Source: Toensbergia leucococca
Lineage: Eukaryota
NCBI GenBank assembly: GCA_022813965.1
Contig: JALDZS010000108.1
Coordinates: forward strand, 1-64,000
Length of the DNA: 64,000 nt
Reading direction: 5' to 3'
The position numbers were made by a program, and so were the translations under genes. Positions 51,183 to 64,000 of this stretch are shown one piece after another (the stretch's first letter is position 1; each line of letters starts with the position of its first letter). The notes under the pieces were generated by a model, which was not told the DNA's origin, searched no databases, and saw only the letters and a program-made list of their open reading frames with translations.

Positions 51183-52324
51183 ATGGCACCTGATCTAAAC
51201 TCTCTCCCACCATCTCGCTCATCCTCAGGATCGCCCCTCCAATCTCGTACCTTGAGCAGTAATCCTGAGCCCATTCAACGCCAAACTCCGTCGCCCTCCC
51301 CCAGATCCTCCTCTGTCTCGCTGGCAGCAGCAGCCACGATTAATGCCGGCATCCAAACCCAAGACTCAAGACGCTCCTCTATAAGCTCCAGCCGTAATAA
51401 TCGCCCCTCTCCGCAAGCGGGGAGAAGCGAACGTCGCAGGTCAACTGTAGCCATGAATCTCAACTTGAACGATCCTACTACGCCAGGGCCTGGAGAACTT
51501 CAGAGTGGGGACCATCGATCGTCGATGGGTTATGCTTACCGTACTACGAGTCCCCAGAGTATTGGCGGTTCTCCAATCATTCCACATCATCAACGGGCAC
51601 CTAGCATGGGGGAAATTCATCAGGAGCTAGAACAAGAGCAAGAAGCCCAAGTGGTACGATACCAAACGAGATTCACGATGCTAATTCGTAGTACTGATCT
51701 ATTCTTTTATTTTAGAATCGTCTTCTATCCATGATCCGCCACCAACAGGCCCAGCTACAGCAAATGCAACAAAACGTTGGCGCTACACCCTCTGCCAGCA
51801 CAGGCGTTGTCGATGACTCAACGCCCACTTCCGAGCGCTCCTTTTCGTTCCCTAACGTGCCTCCTACGCTTCCAATGTCCGTCACCAACCCTCGCCCCCG
51901 CTCACCTGCAACTCGTCCTTCCTTCGAACTCTCCCGTCGATCGTCGCGCCGCTCAAGAACGCCTAGTCGCACGGGCTCGCCGTCTATACGACCTCTTTCT
52001 GCTGGCTTGCCAGCTCAAGGAGATGAATGGCTTCTAGCCGGTGGGGGAAGCAGGGACGAAAGCGCTTTCTATCAGGCCGAAACTCAGTCCTTGACGAGGG
52101 AGAACCAAATGCTGAGATTGAGAATTAGGGAATTAGGTATGCAATTTGATAATTCTGCAGAATGATATTGTTGACAACCAGCAGAACGGCAAGTCAACGA
52201 AGCCAACTCAGCTTCTGCAAATACACCAGCCACGCCTTCGAATTTGACGGCTCCCCCGATTGAAGCAGAAAGTGCGCGTGCAACCTCGGATGGGCAAGCC
52301 ATGGATGGTGAGAATAAGACCTGA
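51183..52324 (+). CDS. Conserved fungal hypothetical coiled-coil protein
   Basis: MAPDLNSLPP, HQRAPSMGEIHQELEQEQEAQV|NRLL, RDESAFYQAETQSLTRENQMLRLRIREL; two introns. Confidence 0.8.
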
Positions 52325-52673
52325 AGCACTTTCTGCCAGCCGTGTTGGCTGAATAATGAAGGGGGTTTGGATAATCGGGCGAAAATCGCGACGCAATCTG
52401 ACAATGGTGTCTGAGCTCACGGTAAGTTCGGCGTTTGGAGAGGAAGATGGTATCATGGCCATGGCGTTCAATACCATTGATTGCGGATACTGTATCTGTG
52501 ATGAGCGTCTAGACGCTGCTCACCTAATCCTAACCAACCTCTACTTCTTTAACTTCTTTGACTTCTTTACATTTTACCCAACAAGTACACCTATCTTGCT
52601 AGTGTCTATCTGACATCTTACGCCATCAGCCACCCTCGCCGATTTCTGGGCTTTTACAAGGTCTTACTCGCAA

Positions 52674-54012
52674 TCAGCGATACAACAATCCTTCCACCAT
52701 CTCCCCAATCGCCAAGCAGCTCGTTAGCCCAGGGCTTTCAATCCCCAAAAGATTGATAAATCTCTCAAATCCCTCTTCCTTCCGGATCACAAAATCCTCA
52801 AAGCCCTTTCCATCCCCCCTCGCCACACTCCCACCTTTGCCCAACTTAGGCCGTATGCCACAGTACCCCACTTCCACCCTACTTCTATCAATCCCCGGCA
52901 GATAAGTCTCAATCTGCTCAATCGCAGCTCCTAGGCGAGACTCGTTGGGTGTCAGATCGTCGGGAGACTCGACCCATTCAACGTCAGGGCCGAAACGTAT
53001 TTGGCCAGCCATATCGATGGTCAGATGGGTGCCAAGGCCAGCGAGACCTGGAGTCGGGGCAGGGTAGATGAGGGTATTAGGGTGTGGGTGGGGAGATGAG
53101 TAGGTGTAGTAGGAGCCTTTTGCGTAATAAGGGGTTATGTACCGTGAAGGTGGAAGGATTTGGTTGGAGAGAGGGATTGCCGCGAGGCCTGCGCTGTTGA
53201 TGAGTGTTTCGGTTGTGATGGTCGAGTCGACGTTTTCAGATGGGGAGGAGGTGTGGATCTTATAGCCTTGGGAGCCGGAGGACAGGGGCTCGATATCTGT
53301 GACGGTGGTGTGGAGGGCTAGGTCGCCGCCTTTGGAGAGGAAGTCGGATTCCAAGTACGACATCAGAGCGTGCGAGTCCACGATTCCGGTTGAGGAGCTC
53401 TCGAGCACGGCTTCTGTAGCGCGGACGGAGGGTTCACGCTCATGGGCTTCGGAAAGGGGGATGAAGTGTGTGGGGACACCGATGGAGGAGGTGAAGGCGT
53501 GCAGGTTGGTGAGTTCGTTGTGTTGGTCGGCGTCTTGGGCGACGATCCATTTTTTCGTGTTGCGGTGCGGGATGGAGTTTTTGGCGCAGAGGGAGTAGAG
53601 TTTTTGGCGGCCGGAAAGGCAGAGGTGGGTCTTTAGGGAGTTGGGGCCGTAGTAGAGGCCTGCGTGGATAACCTGGGGGAGGGATGAGCTTCTTGAAATG
53701 GGAAGCGGTTTATTGCAGAATGTCCAAGGGGATGATTCACTTCGGAGTTGCGACTGCTGGTTTCTGTACCCACGGATCCATGCCTCTCGATTAGGAGCGT
53801 CGAAGTCCCTTCTCGCTCAGCTAGCTGGCGAGCAATTGCGAGGCCAACGGCTCCAGCCCCGATGACCTGGGTTCTTTAACTTCTGAGGTAAAGCGGAAAT
53901 AGTGCAGTTGACCTACAACGTGCGTGAAGTCGGCGGTCCGCGCCGTTGAGGTGGAAAATGTTCGGGGATGACATTGCTTGAGCAATTGGAGGTGGAGGGA
54001 GCGTGCGAACAT
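52674..54012 (-). CDS. L-2-hydroxyglutarate dehydrogenase, mitochondrial (DAO family)
   Basis: Presequence-like N-terminus; [62 protein letters not shown]. Confidence 0.92.
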
Positions 54013-55459
54013 ATCAGGAAGGGGAGTGGGGGTTCTTGCACAGGATGTACGAAGAAGACATTTGAAATTGGATGTTTTTGAGTGGATTAAGGGGTCTCAA
54101 TAGCAGTGACTAGGTACTCTTGAGCTTCTGTTTTGATAGTGCATGACGTCGTTGGCGGCTTATCGGAGATAGGATAAGGATGCCTATCGTCTCGAGGGCT
54201 GGGTATCCGTATGTAAATGAGTTTTAACAATCCCATCTTGCTTCTTGTTCGGGGTCATATTCAAGATCGGCCATGCTGCAGTTGGCTGTCATCATTCTAG
54301 TGGTGCATGATATCTACCTTAGATAAATCTTATTTTCAGTTCCATATCCCTTGAAGTGCCAGCCCCAGCAAGACAGATCCGGCATTTGAACTCGAACCTA
54401 TCCTCTCAGGAAAAGCTGGACACGGTACAATGCTATATGAACTAGACGACTTCTTATGACAAAATCACTAATTTCCTAGTCACTATAATCCTTGAATCCA
54501 TTCATTGGCTCACTTTCTTTCCCGCAATGGATTTCTTTCCGCAATTTTCTTCCTAGACCACACTACTTCTACTTAAAGTTTTCAGACAACGCGTGAGATC
54601 TCAGCTATTCATATTCCAGCAGTCGGTTACAGACCAGTGCTTTCAAGAATCACCGACCTACCTTAAAGTCATCACGAGCTCATTCCTCCACATCCTCCTT
54701 ACTCAAACAGAGGGAGTACAACTGGACTGAATACTTCAAGGCCGAGTAAAGGCTTCTATCGTTTATCATGGGCTTTCAAGATCACAGCTCACTTCATACC
54801 GGCTTGCCTTGATCGACTGAATCAGATCGCTTGGGTCATTTGCTGGCGTGTTACGAACTCAAGGTAGTAAGATCCACTTATATATAGGATGATTAACGTT
54901 GATGCGGTGGCATTATCGCGAAAAACCCCAGGTACAAAGGTAGTATCTATGACTTCCTAAATTGACAAGTGACATATTTTTTCGACCTGGGGAGCAGAGG
55001 ATGAGTTCTCCCTCTCTTCCTGCATAACATCCCCCTACATCCTCTGACATTCGACAACGCCTGTATTGTACCCATCTCTTGTACGTAGGCAGACGGAGGT
55101 TAGTGATGTTTCGTACCTGAGATGTATCGTTCTTTGTTCTGCATGATAATCTCATTATTCTAAGCTCTTTATTCCAGTCCATGAACAAACTTATTGTTTC
55201 TATTTCATTGTTTTTTCTTCTTTCTACTCAAATCCATTACGCTTATCTCTTTATTCAACATGAAAACTTTCGTTGTTTTGCTTCCATTCTGCGCCTCTTC
55301 CCGGATCTCAACCACCTATTAAGCACCATTCACCCTTCTCGTCTCTCAGTATTTCCATTTTCAAATACTTGCCACACGCAATCAAGCACCCACCTTAAGC
55401 CCTCACAAGAAAAAGGTCCTCACCCAAGCTTTTCGAGAAGGTACAGAGTATTCCTCAGA

Positions 55460-55657
55460 ATGGTGGCTCAATTCCAGGTTCGTTTTCAGTTTCTCTGCAG
55501 CCACACTCGATTCTCTCGGGGAGCTGTTGAGAATCCCCAACTCCAAGTTAAGACGCACCAAGTTCACGCTTTATGCCCTAACTGCTTCAAGCGGAGGGCG
55601 CTGAACGAATTGATGATGCGAGATATGGCACGGGCTATAAAGGAGAGCCCAAGATAA
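55460..55657 (+). CDS. Small hypothetical protein with CxH...CxxC
   Basis: MVAQFQVRFQFLCSHTRF...ALCPNC; start context AGAATGG. Confidence 0.4.
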   Translation: MVAQFQVRFQFLCSHTRFSRGAVENPQLQVKTHQVHALCPNCFKRRALNELMMRDMARAIKESPR

Positions 55658-56286
55658 GGTATAAGGAGGGTAGGAACGTTTGAGGTCTAAACATTTGTGC
55701 GTTTGAAGTATGAAGCTCTAAAGCTGTTACTGCTAGATCGTTTTGGGTAGGAAAACAAGTTCCAAGGCAAAAATCTTGACGTATCTGCATTGTGCCTGCA
55801 TCATGTATCCTATGTACATCGTGAAGAATCTCATCTCTGTTATTTTCTTCATTCGTATTCTTTACTTGGCCTCTTTCAGTGGTGCAAATTCCTGTATCTG
55901 TAAAATGAATATTTGGGCGGGAGGACCAGAGGTTGTGGTATCAAGGCCATCGAATAACTAAGCATGCTAGAAAAACTACTGAACCAATCTATACTTGAGG
56001 TTTGCTCATAGGATACTGTAAGTCGGTATTTCTCATCGGAACTTCCAATTTGGTGTTGTATTGTGCGCTCATTGTTCAAACATGAACATTCTCTCTGTTT
56101 TTTCTATTCAGATACAAACAGAGACAAATTGTTCATTGTCTCACATGCAATTTTATTGTTCCGATTCAGTCAGGAGAGATTTATGCTCTTGAAACATCTT
56201 AAGCTGAGTATCTCTTTTCTCAATCAAAGTCATCTTGTCAGAAGCTGTTGAGAAGTCTGAGCTCAAAGACTGACAGAATCCTAATC

Positions 56287-58035
56287 ATGGCCGACGACAC
56301 GGAACGACATGTCGGAGAAATCAAAATCGATCGACTTGCTGATTTATGTAGTCGTCTAAAAGTTGCTGAAGCCGATGAGTCCCAGTTCCCAAACGCGGGC
56401 TCTGACGACTCACGTCGACAGTCACCTGGAGTGAAATCTCGGGGGAAAGCTCTCCCAGGAGAGACTAAAAAACAACGCCTCGCCCGTCAACACGATGAAG
56501 AGCAAGAAGCAGCCGATATAGCCGCTATGCGTCGACAGGCAGCTCAGCAGGCTGAGTGGCGTGAGCGAGACCGGCTGAAGCATAAATGCGAAAGGAGACA
56601 AGATTTTGACAATCATTCTGAATACTGTCGCCAGACAGCCCAGCGAGCCGACGCCAGACAACAAGAGTTGCACAATCTCAAAGAGCAAGGAAAGCAGGAG
56701 AGTTCGGAGCAACGTACCGAGCAAGAAATGCAGGATCGCCAATTACGAGAAAAACTCGAGAAAAGAAAGGGAGAACGGCGGAAGCGCTGGGAGCGAGAAA
56801 GTCGGCATAATCATGTGCAGCGGGGTAGGGTATACAGACAACGGTCAAAGTCAGAAAAGCAAGTGTTCAGGGAGACGGAAGGCTTAAAGGGCATGGCAGA
56901 AGAATGGTTGACGCAGAGTGAGACTGAACTTCCCAATGAGGATCCCGTTTTCGAAAAGAAACGCCGTCAACAAGGGGAATCCTCAGAATGGTGGGAAGAA
57001 AAAGTGAGGCAGCAGCAGACATATAGTGATGACGAAGAACGGGCACGGAGCGACGAGGAAGAATGGACACAGAGTGACGAGGAAGAAAGGGCACAGACTG
57101 ATGAGGAACAGTGGACTCAAAGCGACGAGGAAGAATGGAGGGAGGAAACGCTGAGGGAAGAGAGAAAACAACGTCGCAAGGAGTGGGCCCAACACGAAGA
57201 GCAACAAGAACCTGTTTGGGAATTGTCCCCGGAATACTGGCAGGCACGGATGAAAGCGGACAAGAAGCAACAGCGCAGGGATAAAGCCACGCGCGAAAAG
57301 TTCTTTCGTGCTACCGGAAAGTATATGGGGTGGTGGGAAACTCATGCCGACAACTCGGACTCGGGGGGCGAGTCATCGGGTGAGGAGGAATACTCGAGCT
57401 CAAAGGCCCAAGGCTCGTGGGGAAAGAGGGGCTACTCGAGCTCAAGGAAGCAAAGCTCATGGGGAGAGAGTGGCTACTCGAGTTCACAAAAGCAAGGCTC
57501 ATGGGGCAATAGTAGCCACTCAGGCTCACAAAAGCAAGGCTCATGGAGCAATAGTAGCCACTCAGGCTCACAAAACCAAGGCTCATGGAGACAGAGTAAC
57601 TACTCAAGCTCATCAAACCAACATCCACGGCAAGACCCTCCACCACCCACCCCACCCCCGCGCCCCCACTCCTCCTCACCACCCCTCTCCGCCTCCCAAG
57701 CAAAACGAATCTACCAAAACTGGTCCGCCTCCTGCACCTCCCTCAACGACCCCACCTCCCTAACCCACTTCCCCTCTCCCCCCTCCTCCCACTGCCACCA
57801 AAGCAACTGCCTCCGCGGCGATCATCTAGACGCTTGCCACCACGATCTGGAACGCATGCTTCGGGGCTCGGGGGAGTATTCGAGGGAGTTTCTGAGGAGG
57901 TGGTGGGTGAGGTTTCATCCGGATAAGTTTTCGGCGTGTGCGGAGGGGGTGAGGGGGGGGATGGAGGGGAGGGGGAAGGATATGTTTTTGATGCTTGGGA
58001 GGTTGATGGAGGTGGAGAGGTGGGGGGGTAGGTGA
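56287..58035 (+). CDS. Hypothetical charged coiled-coil protein with internal repeats and a C-terminal HPD-containing (J-like) domain
   Basis: Intronless ORF; C-terminus CHQSNC..ACHHDLERML..WWVRFHPDKFSAC..DMF. Confidence 0.7.
   Translation: MADDTERHVGEIKIDRLADLCSRLKVAEADESQFPNAGSDDSRRQSPGVKSRGKALPGETKKQRLARQHDEEQEAADIAAMRRQAAQQAEWRERDRLKHKCERRQDFDNHSEYCRQTAQRADARQQELHNLKEQGKQESSEQRTEQEMQDRQLREKLEKRKGERRKRWERESRHNHVQRGRVYRQRSKSEKQVFRETEGLKGMAEEWLTQSETELPNEDPVFEKKRRQQGESSEWWEEKVRQQQTYSDDEERARSDEEEWTQSDEEERAQTDEEQWTQSDEEEWREETLREERKQRRKEWAQHEEQQEPVWELSPEYWQARMKADKKQQRRDKATREKFFRATGKYMGWWETHADNSDSGGESSGEEEYSSSKAQGSWGKRGYSSSRKQSSWGESGYSSSQKQGSWGNSSHSGSQKQGSWSNSSHSGSQNQGSWRQSNYSSSSNQHPRQDPPPPTPPPRPHSSSPPLSASQAKRIYQNWSASCTSLNDPTSLTHFPSPPSSHCHQSNCLRGDHLDACHHDLERMLRGSGEYSREFLRRWWVRFHPDKFSACAEGVRGGMEGRGKDMFLMLGRLMEVERWGGR
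57391..57612 (+). repeat. Coding minisatellite, 42-nt unit, about 5.3 copies
   Basis: Units start at 57391, 57433, 57475, 57517, 57559 and 57601, encoding [YH]S[SG]SxxQ[GS]SWxxx[GSN]. Confidence 0.85.
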
Positions 58036-58619
58036 GTGTGGTGGGAGGTGGGATCGGGGGTGTGGAGAGTTGGTGTGGTGTTTGTGTTGAGTGTTTTGTC
58101 TTGTGATTTGATTGAGCGAAGACTTAAATGGGGATAGGTAGAGAGGGTGATTGAGGGTTCAGCGTTTGTTCTGTACACTTTTGTTCACAAGTCTTCATGC
58201 TTTCTTGATTCATTAAATGAATACATTTTTTATCTATCAAACACTCTTAATGCACTGAATCAACTTTGATCTAAGTTAAGAGCCTTCTTTTATTATTTGC
58301 TTACACCTTCTCTCTGAGAGAAATCTCACTCACAGAAACCCCTCAATTCTGCAAGCACATTTGCTCTCTCAGCTCCTTATTCTTTACAACCATTCTCACC
58401 TTATTATCTCTTAATTTTAATTCTTCTTACATTCAAGCCCTCTTTATAATCTCTTATTAACTCAAACCCATTATACCTTTTTCTTATCTCATCATCTTGA
58501 CTCTTCTTATCTCAATTCTTCTTACACTCAATCTCTCTTTTTAACCCCTTTTTTAATCAAATGCTTACACCTTCTTCTTTTTCTTATCTGCTTACCTCTC
58601 AACTTCAATTCTTCTCTTC

Positions 58620-58930
58620 TTATTTCTTTTCTCAATCTCTCTTATTTATCTCACTTACTCTCTCACTCTCTTACTCTCATCTTCTTATCTCTCACCTCTC
58701 ACTCTCTTACTCTCTCACTCTCTTACCTTCTGCACTCTCACTCTCTCACACTCTCACTTTCTGCACTCTCTTACTCTTTAACTCTCTCACTCTCTCACTC
58801 TGTTACTTACTTACTTTCTTACTCTCTTATCTCTCACCTTCTGCACTCTCTCACCTTCTTATTCTCTCACCTTCTGCACTCACATATTTCTTCATCTCTC
58901 ACTCTCTTTCTCTCTACACTCTAGACCTCT
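58620..58930. repeat. Degenerate pyrimidine-rich (CTCTCA / CTCTTA) low-complexity array
   Basis: Recurring ctctcactctcttac and ctctcaccttctgcact. Confidence 0.7.
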
Positions 58931-59548
58931 CATCACTCTTATCAACACCCTCAACAACCTCTCTTCTTCATTTCTCAAAAAAAAAGAAGTGCATCAAATC
59001 ACACAAAATTCTCACACAAAACCTCTCTCTCAAAACCCTCAAAAAACCCCTCAAAAAACCTCTCAAAAACACTCACTCTAAACAAACAAACAAACAACAT
59101 ATCATCATCATCATCAAATAACTCTCAAACCCTACCCTTCAACCCCTTACTTCAAACCTTCTCTCTCAGAATCAAAATCAAAACTTCTTCATTTCATCTC
59201 ATCTCATCTCATCTACTCTAATGAACGCATCAATCATCAGAATAATCCCTATTAAAAAAAATGAAGGAAGCCCCTTCAACCCTTTATAAAATCTCCATCT
59301 CATAACATACCATCACATCACATTCACCAACTATCAACTATCAACATCACCCTTCACCTTCTCCGTTGAAAGCACACTCCTTCCCCCCCCCCAAAAAAAC
59401 CAAATACAATCACAAACCCAAACCCCCACAATCTATACACTCAAAAACCCATCCAAACATCCGTCACAACTATACAAACAAAATCTAATCTCCCATCACC
59501 TCTTCACATCCGCACACACCGCCCCCCTCCCCTCCTCACTCTTAGTCT

Positions 59549-61286
59549 TCAAACCACAACATCCCTCCAACCCCCCCACCCCCTCCCTCTCCCCTCCTCA
59601 ACCACCTTCCCACTAACCTCCCTAACCCTCACCCCCTCCCCCTCCTCCCTCCGCACCTCAGCCCCACTCCGACTAACCACCCTCCCCCTCCCCATATCCC
59701 CATAAAACCTCGCCTTCCCACCCACAACCCCAAAGCTGTCCTGTTTAGTATTCACAGGCCGGCTCATCGATCTCAAACCACCGTTTCCTGTCCCAGGCGC
59801 AAGGGGACGTTGCTCTGTGGTACGCGGAAAGATAGGAGGAGTAGGAGGGTTCATTTCTAGGGGGCGTGGAACGACATTTTCCAAGTTCCAGGGGCGATTC
59901 TGCTGGACGGTGGCGTGGTCTCTTGGTGCTGGGCGGAGGTGTTTGAGTTCTGGGAGAGGCGGTGGGGAGTTGGGGGGTGAAGGGTAAGTGATCCAATTGT
60001 TGGAGGTGTCTTGGGAGGAGACGAATGAGTGAGTTCGGGAGGCTGGAGGTTGGGATGATGGAGGTCGGGTAGAGGGAGGGCGAACAGATGATGGGCGAGA
60101 ATTGTCTGTGTAGAAGGAGGTGCGTTTTTGGGGTGAGCGGAGGGCTGGAGAAGGCGGATTTCTGGCGCGGGACGAGCGCTGAGAGCTGGCGTATTCAGAA
60201 GGGGGTACTGGGATGTCGAAATGAGAGATGTGAGGACTACTTAAGTCGGGTTGGGCTTTCGAGAGACTGGTGGAGGAGTCGTTGCGCGTATGGAGAAAAG
60301 GAACGGTGCGTGGCGGAGAGATCAGAGGGTCATCGGCGCGGGAATCACGATTCGCATTCTTTGCTGCTCCTATGGCTGGATTATCAAGGAGGGAAGACTT
60401 ATTACGTTTATGGCGTGAGGTAAGATTGTCTTCAAGAGGATTCATGTCGGGAGGTAGCTTGGAGATCTTTCGGAAGGTGATAGCCAGGTAGATGGAGATG
60501 ACGAGAGATATCAGGTGGAGGACGCCGTTGACTAGGCTCAGAAGGAAAGTGGAGAAGAGGATCTTGTAATTGGCGGTGTCGGATCCGAATAGGGTTTGCC
60601 AGCGTCCTTGGGTATTGCTAGGCTCGGTATATTCGCTTCGAGCCATCAGGGCGGTCAAGATGAAGAAGGGAAGGAGGCCCGTGTCTATTATGGCGGCGAA
60701 TAGCATGTAGCTAGCTGAAGATGCTGGGGTGCGTGCTTTAGATGACCGAGCTAGATGATAGATGGCGTAGACAGTGTGCAAAATGGCAACACCAGGCTGG
60801 ACATAAGCACTATCAGCACAGCAATGTCGTCTCAACTTCGCAATTTACTTACCGGTACTCTGATAATCCATCCTACTGATGCTTGAGTTCCTTTGATACA
60901 GATAACGCACATCAACATGCCAGCTGCTCCTAGTAGTGCGCATATGCGAAGAAACAGTTGGATCCATCTGGTATATTTGACATTGTTTTTGGTACTGGGG
61001 CTCATGGGCTTCCAGTCGAGATTTCCATAGGGTCTGTATATCAGATCAGTACTCTATGTAGCTCTTTCGGCAGTAGATGAAAGCCAAGGACTAACACTAC
61101 AAAATATGAATCAGGATGTCTGTTAAATTCTTTCGCATTGATCAAAGGCCCATCTTGCTTAGGTCTGGACCGTGGCGGCGAAAGGCTGGCTTGCGATACG
61201 GCTTTTGGATTGAAGCCTTTCTCATTGGGGCCGACGAAGGAATAGCGTGAGGGAGGATCGTAGATGAAGGGCGGTTCCACGCCCAT
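59549..61286 (-). CDS. Conserved fungal membrane protein (about 4 TM, MARVEL-like) with a disordered tail
   Basis: MGVEPPFIYDPP..FNPKAVSQAS..FNRHPDSY; hydrophobic segments; RTPASSASYMLFA; KLPPDMNPLEDNLTSR; two introns. Confidence 0.8.
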
Positions 61287-61500
61287 GGTGCGAGAGAGAG
61301 ACAGAAGACGGATGGGACGTTGACTGCTGTAAAGAGAGACACTCGGAGATGATTCAATAAGGATGAGGATAAGGATAAGGAGAGACATGCATAAAGCTTG
61401 GTGTTGCATGTTTGGGACGATTGTTGTCAAGGCAACAATCAGGGACATCTTATCAAAATCGGAACCTCAATAACTTGCAACATCTCCATCTATTTGACTT

Positions 61501-63177
61501 ATGCACGTCTTCCTTGCACGTCAATCTGCCAGCAGTATTTTTCATCATGGCGCTCGAAGCTCCTTGCGGCAATCACCAAAGTGGAGACTCATCCCGAGTA
61601 GGAGGAGAGATCAGAGGCAATATAATCGCCATGTCGTTCAAAGTCCACGCCCGTTTCGCATGGCCGTCATTGGATCTGGTCCTGCCGGCTTTTATACGGC
61701 ATACAAGGTAATGTCCAGAATTGAAAATGCCGTCGTGGACATGTATGAGCAACTTCCTGTGCCGTATGGACTGGTCAGGTTTGGCGTTGCCCCCGATCAT
61801 CCAGAAGTCAAGGTAAGAAAGCAATGTCCCAATCACTCATCTATCTCTAATTCCATAAGAATTGCCAAGACAAGTTCGCCGAAGTCGCCTCCTCTTCTCG
61901 CTTCAATTTCATCGGAAACATCGACGTTGGCAGAGACCTGCCTTTGTCATCCCTAAAGTCGCATTACGATGCAATACTATTTGCATACGGCGCTTCCAAA
62001 GATCGAAGCCTGGGTATACCAGGCGAGGACTCTCTTAAAGGCATATACTCGGCTCGGGCTTTCGTGGGATGGTACAATGGATTGCCCGAATATACAGATC
62101 TAGAGCCGGAGCTTGACGCTGGCGAGGAAGCAGTTGTTATTGGGCAAGGCAACGTTGCCTTGGACATTGCGCGGACGCTGTTAAGTGACATTGGTCGTTT
62201 GAGGAAAACGGACATGACGGAGCATGCTCTTGCTGCTCTGTCGAAAAGTAGGGTGAAAAGAGTGCGAGTCGTTGGCCGAAGGGGCCCAATCCAGGTTTGC
62301 ATCTCATACAGCTCCTACAGGCCAAACTCCCTGACTTGGACCATAGGCATCTTTCACCATCAAAGAAGTCCGCGAGCTCGTTAATCTACCGTCACTTCAT
62401 TTTGAGCCCATCGATCCCTCGCTCCTTCCACCCGAACCCGCAAAACTCCCACGAACTCCAAAACGCCTGATGCAATTACTGTCCAAAAGCTCAGCAAACC
62501 CAATGCATGGAGCGCCAAAAGCATGGTCTCTCGATTTCTTCCTATCGCCAAAATCCTTCAACTCCTCCTACGCTAATCCAAGTCATCTATCCTCAATAAC
62601 TTTCCTGAAAAATCAGCTGCAGGACCCAACTTCGCTCGATCCTTCTGCAAAGGTAACGCCTACGACGCAAACCGTGACAACCCCCACATCCCTAGCTTTC
62701 CGAAGCGTCGGCTACAAATCTGAGCCTATTCCCGGCATGGAAGACCTCGACATCCCCTTCAACACCCACCAAGGCATAATCCCCAACGACCCCTCCGGTC
62801 GCGTCATCTCCCAACCCCCCAGCTCAACCTCCACACCACCCACCCAACTCCCCGGCATCTACTGCTCCGGCTGGGTAAAGCGGGGCCCAACTGGCGTCAT
62901 CGCCAGCACAATGGAAGACGCCTTTGCGACCGCCGACGCCATCGTCCAAGACTGGGACTCCGAATTACCGTTCTTGGGCGGGAAGAAACCCGGATGTGGT
63001 CAAGCGAGGGATGGATGGGATGCGTTGAGGGAGGAGGCGAGGGAGCGAGGGCTGAGGGCTGTGAGTTGGGGGGATTGGGAGAGGATTGATGCGGCGGAGA
63101 GGGAGAGGGGGGTTGGGAGGGGGAAGGTGAGGGAGAAGTTTGGGAGGGTGGGGGAGATGTTGGGGGTTTTGGGGTGA
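61501..63177 (+). CDS. ARH1: NADPH:adrenodoxin oxidoreductase, mitochondrial
   Basis: AVIGSGPAGFY, PYGLVRFGVAPDHPEVK, FVGWYNG, IGQGNVALD, GRRGP, GWVKRGPTGVI. Confidence 0.95.
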
Positions 63178-63654
63178 AGAGTGTTTCATCTAGGGGGTTT
63201 GGGGGATGATGTTATGATAATTTAAAAGAGTGAGCGTCGAGAGTGGAGCTTCGAATACTCGGGCACCGATTCTCTTACGATGTCGCCATTCCAGGAACGC
63301 GAGTCCCTCTTTTAGGAAGCGGGGCCCGCGCCCTACAACTCTCATGACGTACCACCTTTGCATGTGACGGGGCTGGTGCCGAGATGGAGGTGGAAGAGCG
63401 TTGCTCAAGCCTGTGGGACTTGAAAGTGGTTATCTGTGGGTGTTTGGGTTTCGAGGGGGTTGTGGGCGTGGCGTATGTGGGTCATGTACCTGTGTGCCCT
63501 ATTTTTCATGGGGTGGGGGAAGGAGGGACGGGACGGGATGGGATGGGCTTTGACTTGGTTTCAGAGTATGATTGGATGGGGAAAGGGGGCGTGTGGTCGC
63601 GATATCCATAGGTAGATACCTGCATGGGGTACGAGATGAAGTTAGATGAACACC

Positions 63655-64000
63655 TCACTCCTCCATCTCCAAATCCTCTCCATCATCCTCATCATCCTCT
63701 TTATCATCACCGTCCTGATCCCCAATATCCTCAACCTCTCCACCACCCCGCCTCCCCTCCAAAAACCTCGCCCACTTCCCAACCCCTATCCCCTTCCCCT
63801 CATCACCCAACCCCACAATCCCATCTCCCTCCCTCCACCCCTCCCAAGCCCCCAACCCCAAAACATGCCTCATAGTCGGCCTCCCATGCGGACAATTCCA
63901 TGGCTTATCAATCTCGCCCATGCGCCCAACCAACCTCTCCATCTGCCGCCGCGTCAAAGTCTTCCCAATCATGACGCTCGATCTACACGCTCGCATGGCG
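63655..64000 (-). CDS. PMS1: 3' end of the MutL-alpha endonuclease subunit (Pms1/PMS2)
   Basis: [12 protein letters not shown]...[13 protein letters not shown] endonuclease motifs; the gene runs off the window edge. Confidence 0.92.
   Translation of the reverse strand, partial: AMRACRSSVMIGKTLTRRQMERLVGRMGEIDKPWNCPHGRPTMRHVLGLGAWEGWREGDGIVGLGDEGKGIGVGKWARFLEGRRGGGEVEDIGDQDGDDKEDDEDDGEDLEMEE

Noticed and set aside
58561..59121. 186-aa Leu/Ser-rich ORF
   Set aside because: It is the translation of a low-complexity CT array and is unlikely to be a gene.

Overview
Gene-dense, intron-rich DNA from a filamentous ascomycete (Pezizomycotina). A lichen-forming Lecanoromycete-like fungus is my inference from gene families and composition, not something shown directly. 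Recognisable genes include an FAD oxidoreductase, a multi-KH RNA-binding protein, a CCCH zinc-finger protein, an SDT1-like nucleotidase, a glycogen phosphorylase / group III G-alpha / HOG1 MAPK / AVL9 block, a flavin monooxygenase, a DUF4188 monooxygenase, a PH-domain protein, L-2-hydroxyglutarate dehydrogenase, ARH1 and the 3' end of PMS1. An accessory-looking segment (about 28-47 kb) carries a PD-(D/E)XK-like nuclease fused to a PHD finger, three small Cys/His proteins sharing one motif, and a secreted zincin-like protein whose HExxH has degenerated. The most striking feature is a tRNA-Val(AAC) gene (44442-44572, minus strand) interrupted in the D-stem by a 57-nt intron with full spliceosomal signals (GTAAGA...CTAAC...CAG), not a normal 37/38 tRNA intron. 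There are also CpG-free AT-rich islands and repeated C-rich to G-rich strand-skew switches. CDS coordinates span first to last exon, were inferred by eye, and may be off at splice junctions.
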